Below, one piece after another: positions 48,018 to 61,010 of a stretch of 64,000 bases of DNA. Made by a program: the position numbers and the translations under genes. Source of the DNA: Octopus sinensis (lineage: Eukaryota); NCBI RefSeq assembly GCF_006345805.1, contig NC_043017.1:14508001-14572000 (forward strand), in the 5' to 3' direction. Position 1 is the first letter of the stretch, and each line of letters starts with the position of its first letter. Below the pieces are notes generated by a model that was not told the origin of the DNA, did no database searches, and saw only the letters and a list, made by a program, of their open reading frames with translations.

Positions 48018-48165
48018 TCATCATCATCGTTTACTGTCCACCTTCCATGCTGATATGGGTTGCATGGTTTAACAGGAGCTGGCCAGGCTGGAGCCTGCAC
48101 TAGACTTCTCTGTCTATTTTGGCAGGGTTTTTACAGCTGAATGCTCTTCCAAAAACCACCCAACA
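48018..48165 (-). mobile_element. RTE 3' tail fragment
   Basis: atatatatcatcatcatcgtttactgtccaccttccatgctg...ttttacagctgaatgc. Confidence 0.75.
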
Positions 48166-50845
48166 GAGCTCCTACTTTTCCCTTGATTTACAATAATGTT
48201 AGTGTGCAGCATAGAGCAATTAATAAGGAACTGATGAGTCTTGTTTCCAAGTTGGTTTTAATTACTTCAAAAAATATCAACCTGCAATTTCATTTAATAA
48301 CAGTGGTTTTTAACAATATGAAAAAAAAATCAATATATTCTCTAATTTTCATAACCCTAATTAAATACTCAATTAACACATTAATTCTTCATTGATTTTT
48401 TTCTTCAATTTTAAATAGAAACCACTGACCCTCATTTCCCTATCAGGTTTCTCCTCCTCATCACCAGTTGGCATTGACTTACATATGCAACAGGCACAAT
48501 GGACGGTTGCACAAGGAGATTTGCAACACAAACTCATCCGTCCACAGCAACATACATACCTGTCATCCACAATGATAGACACACCTCACATAACATTCCT
48601 TCATACATTCGGGTCTTAACTGTGGCATTGAGAAGACCTTTTCAGGAGTCTTTTTCCCAGGTAATCATTTGGTTAGCAGGAAACCCTGCTCACCCCAGTC
48701 TATAAACCTCACTATTATTGACCTTATTTAAGACATTACCCATAAAACAGGGTTAATTAAACAATTAAATTGTATGAAGTTGACTTGATCATCAGTGATT
48801 TCTATCAAGGAAGACAATTCTTACAAAACATCTGATTGGAAAAATGTTTACAGAAATGGAGACATTAATGTAAGTTTAGGGTCGATGTAAGTAATGTGTA
48901 CAGAGCCATCTTTAAGCTGACCACAGCAGCAGCAGCAGCAGAGGATTGCAACAAATGAAAGACTATCCTAGGCAAGGCAAAACAAATGAAAAGAAAAATG
49001 TGATCTAGTGAAGAAGATTGTAAGAAAGAAAAGAGATTTGATGGAGACAAGGAGAAAGATATGACAGATAAATGGAGAGAGATATGAGAGATAAGGACGG
49101 GGAAGTGGAGAGCAACCGAAAGCATTGTTATATTTGTCACATGACAACATAAGTTTTCGTTAATAATAAATGTTAAGATAGGAGTTAATAATAGGTTAAA
49201 TTCCAGTTGTGCTTTGAACTATAGGGTTTCCAATCTGTTGGTGTTTAAGAGAGGAATTAAATGATTCTTAGACATTTTATTATGTTGAAAAAATATTTAG
49301 AATGGAAAATAATATATATTATGTTTTTCTTTTTGTTTCCTTCTTTGATGAAATTAAAAATGAAGAAGTGTCTTCTTTTTATAATTAAATTCTATTCTAA
49401 GAAAGCAATGTCACAATCTCCAGTTCTTTGATACTAATTATTTCATGGTCAACGAACTTAGATAATTGCATTTCTTGATTATGAGAAGGTTATTAATGAA
49501 TAAAGAATAATTAGTGTATTATCAAGTTTCAGTAAAGATGACCAGAATAATCACCTACGAGTGCAATGTCTCATAAATATTAATTTAATTGAAATAATTG
49601 AACACCTCTGATGAGTTAACCTAATTCCCCTCACCCTACAACCATTTCTATCTTTGAAAACAATGTTTCAATTAGTTCTATTTTCTGATCATCTTCAGGT
49701 GTGATGTTACCTTCTTTGTACAAACTTAACCAAAATGAGGACCGTTTTACAGCCACCACCACTGCCATAAGCATCACCATAGAATTATTTCTTCTTTTTG
49801 TGAATGTGGTAGCGATTGTAAGACATTTTTGGCCAAGTCATCTCTTTGGCTGTAGCCCTGCATGTTCAGAAATTATCGAGCAGTCGGAACCTGGGAAACA
49901 GCAGTTGATTTGTGTTCTACAATCTCTGATGGAAAACTAAAGGCATTTTAGGATCCCTTCAAAATAAGGATATCTTTGGTCAAGTGGAAGGGATAATAAG
50001 TCTGTGGGGCTGAGTTTCTAAAGAGGCTCCGATGACTCAAAGAGATAAAAGGGGAGAGAGAGTGTGAGATGATATGGTCGTGGTGGTGGGGAATGAGGAT
50101 GGATAAAATATGAAGAGATTGATAGCTATGAGAGGGTGGTGGTTGAGAGAATAATATAGACAGAGAGAAGGAGAGGGGGGTGGAAGGGAGGAAAGACAGA
50201 ATGCTGTATTGAAATTATGGACAACTGGGTTACAGTTATGTTTGAACACATGACAGATTGCAACCAGTAGAATGGAGAAGTGAACCAAAATTAGATCTTT
50301 AGCAATGTGTAATTGTGTCCAATTTGGCTTGGACACCAGTGTTAATGAGTATAATTAGTGTTAAGAACAAGTAGGTAGGAACAAATTAACTATTTAGTTT
50401 TTATAACATTATTGGCCAACTACAATATTGCTTTTGACAGAGCAGACAAAAACCAATGGAGCAGCACGAGGTGGATAGAGGCAGAAGTTAATAACAATGA
50501 ATGAAAAATGACTTTTAAATGATTCTCTTCCTATAATTCATTTGGAAGCTGTCGCAGAAACAAGATTTGGTAAAAACAAACAAAACAAAAATAAGATAAA
50601 AAGAAAGGGTAAACGTTTATGAAATGGTTTAAAATGAAACTATTTAAATTTGATCAACTAAAGACAAATGTTTATCTATGAATTAGAGAAAGCAGACTTT
50701 CTTTGATAAAAATAGTAAATCTGTGAAATAAAACTATTTTCTCTATAAATATTTTCAACATGTTTCCAGTCAATTTTGGATTTCTGGTCTCCATTATCTG
50801 TGATTCACAGACACACAGACAGGCAGACACACACACACACACTTA

Positions 50846-52030
50846 GAACTTTTCTCTTACAATAAGACCATATTGCACAATACATTTGCAGTAGCAGTGA
50901 TAGTGCCAATGTTTGGGATATTTGACTGGTCCATTCCACAGACATCAAAACTTGCAAAGTCATGATATCAACTGGAAACTTCCACAGAAGCAGTAAAATC
51001 TACCTAAAAGAGAGGATGAAGGTCGAGTCTCTCTCATTCAGCTAAACAACAGCAGCAGAAATATATAAACTTTGTACAGGAAAAACTGAGGAGAACATGT
51101 CAGCAGTGAGCTCTTCCTGACAAACTGCTATACAACCCCAGAATGGCTGGACTAACATACTTCAAAGTAGTCTTGGATGGGAAATGCTCAGCTTATAAAA
51201 AAAGACTTGGATATGTTTCCTAAAGATCTGCAGAAGATTAAAATTGGTTTCAAATTTTGGCACAAGACCAGTAATTTCAGAGGAAGAGTAAGTCAATTCC
51301 ATTGACCGTACTGTTCAATTGGTACTTATTTGGTCGACCCTGAAAAGATGAATGGCAAAGTTGACTGCTGCAGAATTTGAACTCAGAACATAGACTATTA
51401 AGCAAGAGATTGCAACAAAATATCTAAGGAACAAAAGAGAAATTGAAGCTTTGGACCTCTATGATGCTACCAAAAATGTAGATTATGTCACATTTTTGTG
51501 GAAGACATCACATCTGTGATAAGCAGCCAAAAATGTCAGCAAAGTTCTGCTTCCTGCTGCAGCAGAACATTATCTCTGAAACAATTCAATCTGAAACAAA
51601 GAAATGGCTGTCCTTGTATAAATATTTAAAAAATCCCTTTGTTATTGAACATTTACATAAACACGAACACAAAGAATACTGGTGGAACATTCCCATCAAA
51701 ACTTCTACCAAACGTAAACATAACAGGTTGGATTTTGCCATTTGGAACAAGCAAAGAATATGTACCGTCTTAGAGTTCAGCTGCCCTGCTGATGTGAATA
51801 TCTTTTTGAAAATCAAAGAGAAACAGGACAACTGCAAGTAACTGTTTCAAAGCCTCCAAATTCTATGCCTAGATTACATTTATACCAATAATAATTGGTA
51901 CATTTGGTTTTGTTAGTGGCAGTTTGGAGAAGCTGGTGTTTACAGAAAAAGAAATTGACCAGTTAATCTGATCCAATCTGTAAGTGGAACAATGGAAAAT
52001 ATGCAAGACTTTTCTCAAGCTGAGCATGGG
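50846..52030 (+). pseudogene. R4/Dong-clade non-LTR retrotransposon relic (RT C-terminus and RLE endonuclease), interrupted by a SINE
   Basis: ELFSYNK...HNTFAVAVI...GIFDW...TGNFHRSS; QEIATKYLRNKR; EYWWNIPIKTSTKRKHNRLDFAIWNK...LEFSCPADVNI...KIKEKQDN...IPIIIGTFG...SGTMKICKTFL. Confidence 0.8.
51244..51390 (-). mobile_element. SINE family 2 inserted in the R4-like relic
   Basis: aaattttggcacaagacc...gtcgaccctgaaaagatgaatggcaaagttgac...gaatttgaactcagaac. Confidence 0.75.
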
Positions 52031-52589
52031 AATTTGTTTTTACATTTTTACATTTGAACAATGGAGCTTTGTCTCCGTTAGAAACCAGCTCCATCCTTAC
52101 AGGAAGACTTCAAATAATTGATAGTAGAAGGGAGCATAGATTCATTCATTCATACATACACACACACACACACATACATACACACATACATACATACATA
52201 CACACATACACACATACATACATACATACATACATACATACATACGTATATATGTGTGTGTTTGCTTTTATGTTCATAATAGAGATAAATAGTTCAATAT
52301 TAAACTGAAGGATCAACCCAAACTCTTGCACAATCAGTTCAATGGTGTCCACACTCGACATATGATGGAAACGTTGAGCTTTATTTCAGTCGACTTTTAA
52401 TGCCAACCACTCTGTGACACTAAAGATTCCTGTGGGGTGGGCACTGTTGGAGAAACAATGTTATTGAAATCACAACAAAGAATCAACAAGAATGCCTTGG
52501 TTTGCTACAGATGCATGAAGAGAATAATGGCAAACCTGCCGACTGCTCTGAAGGTCACCCATCTGGTGTGTGCAAGTTTAGAAATAATG

Positions 52590-52885
52590 AAGATGTGGCT
52601 GTGTGGTTCAGAAGGTCATTCCCCAACCATTTGGCTTCAGATTCAATCCCATTGTGCAGCACTTTCAACAAATGTTTTCTTGTGTATCCTTGCACTAACC
52701 AAAGTCTGGTGGATGGCTTTGGCAGACTGAAACTGAAACAAGCCATTCATATATAATGTGTGTGTGTGAGTGACGAGCTCTTTGCTTTGTGATAGTTGTA
52801 AAAATGTCTGGTGAAGGGGAATATGACCTTGCTTGAAGACAGGGGAGGGTTGGTGACAGAGAGAGCATCCAACTGTACAAGGTGT
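52590..52885 (+). mobile_element. SINE family 1 variant with RTE-like 3' part
   Basis: gtggctgtgtggttcagaagg...gactgaaactgaaacaagcc...gagcatccaactgta. Confidence 0.65.
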
Positions 52886-52955
52886 GTTTCGATGCAAAGG
52901 GAATGTGAAAATGTTGCTACTGCTAAGGATGATGTGGAGGAATTATGACAAGGCT

Positions 52956-52990
<35 letters not shown>

Positions 52991-52995
52991 CACAT

Positions 52996-53034
<39 letters not shown>

Positions 53035-53054
53035 ACACACACACACATGCACAC

Positions 53055-53200
53055 ATGTATGGGCTTCTTGCAGTTTCCATCTGCCAAATCTCCACTCACA
53101 AGGCTTTTTGGTTGGCTTGAGGCTGTAGTAGAAGACACTCAGCCAGGATGTTCAGTGGGACAGAGTTTAAAGCCGTAAGGTTTTGTGCCTTATTTCTGTC
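53055..53200 (-). mobile_element. SINE family 1, 5' half
   Basis: gggcttcttgcagtttccatctgccaaatctccactcacaaggc...gtagaagacac. Confidence 0.75.
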
Positions 53201-53289
53201 GGCTGTAATTAAGCCAGTTATCTGTTTATTATTATAATATTGATTATACCTGTCATTGATTATTAATGACTTGTGTGTCCATAACATAG

Positions 53290-53361
53290 ATACGTACACA
53301 CATACACACACACACGCACATATATATATATATACTAAGTAATTAAGGGTTCATTCACTCT

Positions 53362-53397
<36 letters not shown>

Positions 53398-53429
53398 CAC
53401 ATTTATATACACACATATACATACACACA

Positions 53430-53469
<40 letters not shown>

Positions 53470-53760
53470 CACACATATATATACATATACATACATACAC
53501 ACACATATATACATATACACACATGCACAGACATATATATATACATATACACACATGCACACACACACATATATATACACATATACACACATATATATAC
53601 ACATACACACACACATATATATATACATACAAACACACACATATATATATACATACAAACACACACACATATATATATATATACATACAAACACACACAT
53701 ATATATCTACATATACATACATATATACATACACACACACACATATATATACACACATAT
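53290..53760. repeat. compound (TA)n/(CA)n array
   Basis: Directly visible. Confidence 0.95.
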
Positions 53761-54796
53761 TGTCCAGATTTACAAATATGATAAAAATGAAATAAATGAT
53801 TTTTTATTAATTATGTTGCTTCGATGTATTTTTGTTTTAATGAAAGCAAAAATATTCTGAAAGTGGAAGTAATGAGGTTTGTGTAGGTGAGGCTGGCATG
53901 GAAGGGAACATACCAGTGCGCAAGTTGCAAGGATCACTGTTACACATTGATAACAACAACAGCAACAACATCAACAAAAGCAACAGCCTGGAGATATTTC
54001 ATTGCTGCTGCTGTTGCTGCTGTGCCGTGTCACTTGCAATATCTCTTACTGCACAACTCGATGCAGTGGCATGTTGATGGTGCCCCTCGACACAGACTGC
54101 AACTGTTGCTGCTACACAATCAGCTGCAGTGGCGTAATAATGCATCTAATGGCTGTTCTACCGATGCTACATCACCACCGCCAACACCAACGCGAACAAC
54201 AACCTGCTAAAGCTGCAACAGAATAATTGCTAGTAGCAGCAGCAGCAGCAGTAGTAGTAGTAGCAGCAGCAGCAGCATGTTGTCATAATATCAATTGTTA
54301 GTGTTACATCTTCTACAGTAATGGAGCAGGTGTCGTTGGACTGGCTCCTGCTAGAATTTCGTTTGTATTCAGAGAAATAATGGGGGAAAAAATATATACA
54401 TAATATTGATCTTTAAACTAGGCCAAAGGCTCTGATTTTAGGGGAGACTCTTAGACCCTTACACGTGGGCTTCTTAAAGACTGTCTTTCCTGTAGTTCCT
54501 CTTCTGCCATCTTTTCATCTTCACTCACTACCCCCTCCCCCACATACATACAAACTGAATGGCTTTGTGTGAAACACATTTTATTACATAACATTAACAT
54601 GAACAGGTATCTGTGTGTGTTTATATATATATGAACATTTATATGTAAGGATAATTGTATATGCGTGTATGTATGTATACATGTATATATGTGTATGTGT
54701 GTGTTATGTATGCATGTATTTATAATGTGTTAATGTATATATGTATATTTATATGTAGTATATATGTATATGCATCAATGAATGTGTGTTTTTATG

Positions 54797-54829
<33 letters not shown>

Positions 54830-55032
54830 ATTTATATGTAAGTATATATCTAACTCCTTCAAGTTTAAGAATTTTGTGTAGAAACAAGCAAAACAAACCC
54901 ATTGTGCTTTATCTATTGACCTCTGGAGGATAAACAACAAAATTAACTCAGAATTAAAAAAGAAAAAGCCCATAAATTTACAGGGCACTTCGTGATGCTC
55001 TACCAATTCTGTCTCACTCATATATATATATA

Positions 55033-55926
55033 TCATCATCCTTATCATTTAATGTCCATTGTCCATGCTGGCATGGGTTGTATGGTGTGACTGGGCTGCC
55101 ATGCTGGAAGGCTGCACCAGACTCCAGTCTTATTTGGAATGGCTTTCTATGGCTGGATTCCCTTCCTAATACCAACCACTCTGAGATTGTAATGTGTGCT
55201 TTTACATGCCACCAACATGGGCGCCATTTGCGTGACACTGGGGTGCATTTATGTGTCACTGCATGGGTGCCAATTTGCGTGACATCGATATCTGCCACGA
55301 CTACGATTTTGCTTGGCTTGAGGGGTCTTCTTCCCAAGCACAACATAATGCCAAAGGTCTTGGTTATTGCCTCTGTGAGGCCCAACACTTGAAAGGAACT
55401 CAGCCGCTTTGCCTCCGTGAGACCCGATGTTCAAAAGGTGTTCTTTTCATGCCACCAGTACGAATGCACTTGGCTTGACAGCTCCTCTTCAGCACAGCAC
55501 ATCACCAAAGATCTTGGTCACCAATCATTGCCTTTGTGAGGCTCAAAGTTCAAAGATCCTTCACCACCTCATCCTATGTCTTCCTGGGTCCTACCTTTAC
55601 CAATTGTTCCCTCCACAATTAGAGATTGGCTCTTCTTTACACAGCTGCCCTCATCCGAACGCATCACATGACCACACCAGTCGTCTGTCTTGCACACCTC
55701 ATCTGATGCTTCTTATGCCTAACATTTCTCTCAAGATGTTTACACTCTGTCGAACATGCACACCGACCTTGCACATCCAGCGAAGCATGCTGGTTTCATT
55801 TCTCTTAAGCCTAAACATGTCCTCAGCTGTCACAGCCCATGTTTCACTACCTTGCAGCATGGCTGTTCGCACATAAGCATCAAACAATCGGCCTTTCACT
55901 GTGAGGGAGAGGCCTTTTGTTGCCAA
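55033..55926 (-). pseudogene. RTE LINE 3' fragment with duplicated ORF end
   Basis: MATKGLSLTVKGRLFDAYVRTAMLQGSETWAVTAEDM...LGIRSIR (55699-55926), then 3' UTR and tail into (TA)n. Confidence 0.9.
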
Positions 55927-55929
55927 TCT

Positions 55930-56288
55930 TCCCTACTCCTTCCTACTCTGTTACTTTAACCCCATTCTTACCCTTTCACAACTATAAATCTCATCAGCCC
56001 CACCCCCACCTCTCTCATCTATCCCCGTCACTTGAAATGATTGACCCTCTCTATTCTATTCTGTTTCAGTTGTAGGAGTCACTTCAGGCTGTCAATCTTG
56101 AAAGGTGACTTCACTAGGTAAAAAAAAAAGCACCCAGTACGCTCTGTAAAATAGTTGGGCTTCGCGCCATAAAAAGTATGTCGAAGCAGACAACTGGAGC
56201 TCAGTGCAGTTCTCTGACCTATCCCATTCTGTCAAACTGTCCAACCCATGCCAGCATGAAAGATGGACATTAAATGATGATGATGATG
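55930..56288 (+). mobile_element. RTE subfamily B 3' UTR, head-to-head with the previous element
   Basis: aagcacccagtacgctctgtaaaa...caaactgtccaacccatgccagcatgaaagatggacattaaatgatgat. Confidence 0.7.
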
Positions 56289-57085
56289 TATGCATAATAC
56301 ACACATTCATATTTACATGTATCTTGAATATTCATACTTATAAGAATCTCTTTCAATGTTACAATATCTCAAATTATTTGAGGGAGGGATGTGCTTCAAG
56401 GTGTATTTGACCTCAGCACATGACTGGTATTTATCGAGCAAATGAGAGTGTTTTTAAGTGTTTGCTCGATCTGCTAGAAATAAGCTATAAAAGCAATCTT
56501 CACAACACACCGTACTGTTTTAAAAGAAGGACTTATTAGATAATGTTGTCCTAGATAGATTATAGTTGGAAAATTTTGGGCTGGTCATGGCTGGCTTGTC
56601 TCTGTTCAATCAATAAGACTGAAGTGGTGAAAATGAAAATATGACTGGTAGAATTTGAACCTAAGACTGCAGAGGAAATATCTAAATAATATTCTTGATC
56701 TTCATCTCTGTTATCTCTGCCAATTTGCAGTCTATATAATGCAACAACAAACAATAACAAGTTCAAGCTAATCTCTACAACAATTGTCAGCATGGAACCA
56801 GTTGGAATGTTATTGCAAGATAGAAGGACACACATTCTTGTGAGCAACAGAGAGAATGTAGAACTTATTTCATTGACATCGGAGTTTCACTGGTTTTGTT
56901 TATTGCAGTCAGAGAAATGGTCAGAAAAAAAAAGACAAAAAACCCCAGTCATTACTAATATCAGATTTGTGGAATCATTCTTATATTAGCAGGAGACAAA
57001 AATATTGGTTCAAAGTTTCTTTGGCTTTTCTTAATAAATTCTTCCAAGATACTGAAATTGTGCAGATTTATATATATATATAGAA

Positions 57086-57141
<56 letters not shown>

Positions 57142-57146
57142 CAGGA

Positions 57147-57577
57147 GAATAGAGATTTGTGCATCCAAATGTTATTATACAGTTTATCACTTCATTCTTT
57201 ATCAAGCGACCTATGTGTATTTCCACTGCAAGCCACTGCACACTTAAGTGTGCATCTTGATGTTAATTATTGGTCCAACATCACCAGGGTCTGTTATTAC
57301 TCCTAGCTAGCCAGGGTAATATAAAGGTCAAGAGATATATGACTATTTATAGGAATGCTAACACCACATAAGCGAATAATTTTGGTCAAGCTCATACTGC
57401 CATCAGATGATATCCGATCAACAGTAATAATAGACTCTGATGAAGTTGCACCGATAGTTAACACCAGAATGCACACTTAACCATGTGCAGTGGCTTGCAG
57501 CAGAAATGCACGTAGGTCTTGACAAAGAACAATGTGATTGACTTTATAATAAGACTTGGATGTGCAAATCTCTGTTC
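57147..57577. mobile_element. inverted-repeat element with hammerhead-like motif (extended stem II)
   Basis: Arms 57147-57300 and 57424-57577. Right arm: agact CTGATGA(57437-57443) a gttgca...tgcagc a GAAA(57503-57506) t gcac GTA ggtct. Confidence 0.65.
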
Positions 57578-57954
57578 TGCTGATCCCTTTTAATTTCATT
57601 ATTTTTTCTCTATGGAAACTATTTAGTCCTTATGAGGATATTTGGATTTACCGACGGAAGGTTAACTAAGTATAGTAAATTTTAACTAACTTGAGTTTCA
57701 TCAGTGTTCACTGTGGCCTGCCACCATTGACAACTGATAATACTGAACAGGGTATCTGCTAGGATTCTATATCCCTTGAAACCATTTTGGTATATACATT
57801 ACATACATACACACACACATATATATAGACATATGTTAATAAATTATATATTGATTAATAAGTAAGAGACTTGGTCTGAGACTGTCTTGAAATGGAAGCA
57901 ATTACAGCTTTTTGTTTTCAGAAATTCTCTGTGAATTATATACACATGGATAGA

Positions 57955-58305
57955 GATCGTTACCTGCATTTCGTTACTAGCACCTGTGTTGGTGGCACAT
58001 GAAAAACATTCAAAGTGAGGTCGTTGCCAGTGTCGTTGGACTGGCTCCTGTGCAAGTGGCACATAAAAAGCACCATCTGAGCGTGGCTGTTGCTAGTACC
58101 GCCTGACTGGCCCTTGTACCGGTGGCATGTAAAAGCATGCCCTACACTCTCAGAGTGTTTGGCGTTAGGAAGGGCATCCAGCAGTAGAAACTCTGCCAGA
58201 TCAGATTGGAGTCTGGTGCAGCCATCTGGTTCGCCAAACCTCAGTCAAATCATCCAACCCATGCTAGCAGGGAAAGTGGACGTTAAACGATGATGATGAT
58301 GATGA
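57955..58305 (+). mobile_element. RTE subfamily A 3' UTR
   Basis: Aligns with 37850-38110. Confidence 0.85.
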
Positions 58306-58379
58306 AATATATATAAAATTAATGCAAACACCAGTTTGCAATGTTTCACCAAAGAGAAGAATTGTAATTGTCACTAAAC

Positions 58380-58847
58380 GTGACCAGGGTGTTAGGAAAC
58401 ACCTACATTGCTAGAAATAAGAGCTAAAATACTCTAATGCTGTAGTTAATGCACATGAATGAAAACATATACACTAACAGGGACCATAATTGTCCAAAAA
58501 ATTCTGACTGAGATTTCTTAAGACTGACACATCAGATTTGGCAATTTCTGTTGTTATCAGTTAAGCCAGTGAATCACTAAATCATCCATTAATTTGGATG
58601 ACAATACAACATATGCTAATAAAGAAACAGGTCCAGAAATAACCAAACACTGAGCTGGCTTAACTGATGATGGCAACAGAAACGGCCAAATCTGATGTGT
58701 CAGTCTTAAGAATTCTCTGTCAATATTTTAGGGACGATTATACTCCCCGTTAGTGTATATGTTTTCATTCATGTGCATTAACTGCAGCATTAGAGTATTT
58801 TAGCTCTTATTTCTAGCAACGTAGTTGTTTTTTAACATCCTAGTCAC
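58380..58847. mobile_element. inverted-repeat element with ~190-bp arms and hammerhead-like motif
   Basis: Arms 58380-58569 and 58655-58847. Right arm: cttaa CTGATGA(58664-58670) tg gcaa ca GAAA(58679-58682) c...GTC(58703-58705) ttaag. Confidence 0.7.
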
Positions 58848-60879
58848 ACACACACACACACAGACATACATACACACATTATCTGCAGTGTACTGTATTA
58901 TATATCCATCACAGCTGATCTTACCGATTGGTTTCATGCTAGGAGTACAATGGAGTTAATAATCCTATTATATAACTCTACACTCATCAGAGGTAGCCGA
59001 TATATATATACATAGCTTAAATTGTATATATGCATTAATAAATTATATATTGATTAATAAGCTTTTTGACACCTATCAAACTATTTCCTTCACATTCTAT
59101 GCAGATTTTTACGACTCAACCAACTCTACCCACAAGAAAAGTAAGCAGTTCCCTTTGTACAGAAATATACTCATAGATTTGGTCTTAACCATTTAGGTTA
59201 ACATTCTCCAGGAGAAATAATTTGTAAATACTTAACAATGACCTGGATGTCATTCCAAAAGGTTTTTAAAAACTACTTTAGATTTTATCAGTTTTGAAAA
59301 GCTAAAATCCCATGATGGGATTTGAAATCAGAAACTAAATGGCCAGAACCAAACACTGTCAGCATTTTTGTTTAATGTCCTATAAACTGTTCTTTCTACC
59401 ATCCTGCATCATCAACATTTAGTGCCCATGTTCCATGCTGGAATCGGTCAAACAGTTTGATCAGAAAGATCAGATTGGTCCAAGGACTGTATTATGTTCC
59501 CATGTCCGATTCAGTACAGTTTCTACAGCTGGGTGCACTTCATAATGCCAACCACTTTATATCCACTGGCAGTGGTGACGTTGCTATTCAGCTCACAAGA
59601 CTAGAAACTCTGAGGGAAGAAGGGTCAGCTTTGTTTTGTTTTGCTAGAAGGGGAAGGGCTGGGCAGCAGAGAGACTTTTAAGGTCCTCAAGAGGGGTGAG
59701 ACGAATGTCAGATGTTCACAGACCAAAGAGTTGGCCTGAATCCTTACAAAAGAGTGATCCTGGCTCCTAAGCACATCATGTGGGGGTGCTAAATTGGATA
59801 AAGGATTCATTTCACCCCTCAAACAATCAAGAATGGTTCCTACAACAGTGTTTCATATAATTTTTGTTTACTAAAATTTAATTCAGCCAGCATTGGTGAA
59901 GCCAAGGAGCCAATGGCAAATGATGCTTGTCCAAAGCGTCATGCAGTAAAGCTGAACCGGAAACCTTTTGGCTGGAAAACAAACTGCTTAACCATTCAGC
60001 AACAACTGCACCCTATGCTGGCATTTTTTGATATTTCAGTCTCTACACAGTCAGCTGATCTGCTAGAAATAGCAGCCAAATCAAATCACAACTACACTAC
60101 CTTAGAAAAGAGCTCACTAAATAATATTATGTACTTTTAGGTTCCCTGCACACAAGAATAAGCTAGGATGGTGATGGACAGAATGGCCACAAAATTAAGA
60201 CAGACAAAGCAACAACAAATATACAAACATTACAACAACAAAAGAAATAAGTTTGTTCACAATTTTAAAATATTTCCATCATTTCAGTAAAAAATATTTG
60301 AAATTGTTTAATTGCTGTAAATTAATGCAGGTCAATGTTAATTACTTAATTGGGCTAATTAGTGTGTGAGTGGGAGGGCGAAGGGTGTGAGATTACAAAC
60401 CTTTTGGTGAAGAAAAAGATTTGAGTGCAAATCTTTGTTTATAAAGAATATTCTTTGAATGATGGAGTGTGTGAGTGGAATGGTGGGTGGAAGTGTCTAG
60501 GCTGGGGGGGGGGAGATAGAGCAAGGGGAACAGGAGAGAGAGAAACAGGAAAGGGAACACTCCACATGTGAAGATTTTAGAGAGCTTTGAAGATGTTTGC
60601 TGCATTTCTCCACCAATCAAATGAACAAATACCCACAGAATTTATTGTTCTATTGTCCAAAGAATCTCTCAAACAAGAATTTCTCAAAGTGGAGTCCTTG
60701 ATAAAATCCTGGAGTTCCATAAGAGAAAGGGTTTTAAATAAAATTTAGTGAAATTTATTTTTACAAAAAACAGTTTTCACCATTTTTAAAATCATAAGAT
60801 ATGGTAAGTTTTGTTTTGATATGAATAAATTTTCTCTCTAAAATAATTTTTGATTCATTTAATGTTTTATTAAAAATAG

Positions 60880-61010
60880 GATGGTGACTTAGCAGCGTTT
60901 TGTCTGTCTTTACATTCTCTGAGTTCAAATTCTGCAGAGGTTGACTTTGCCTTTCATCCTTTTGGGGTCGCTGAAATAAGTACCAGTTATGCACTGGGGT
61001 CAAACTTGCT
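60880..61010 (+). mobile_element. SINE family 2 fragment
   Basis: ctgagttcaaattctgcagaggttgactttgcctttcatccttttggggtcg. Confidence 0.8.

Noticed and set aside
49607-49625. CTGATGAGTTAAC; similar CTGATGA hits at 1085 and 3664
   Set aside because: No stem II plus GAAA downstream; chance matches.
53351-53860. Multiple overlapping ORFs (YIYI/VCVC/HTHT); also at 1.3, 7.7, 27.2-27.7 and 47.8 kb
   Set aside because: Stop-free frames of TA/CA/AAT microsatellites.
53887-54290. GC-richer ORF with CAG/CAA-type repeats
   Set aside because: Looks like a decayed trinucleotide region; no protein motif.
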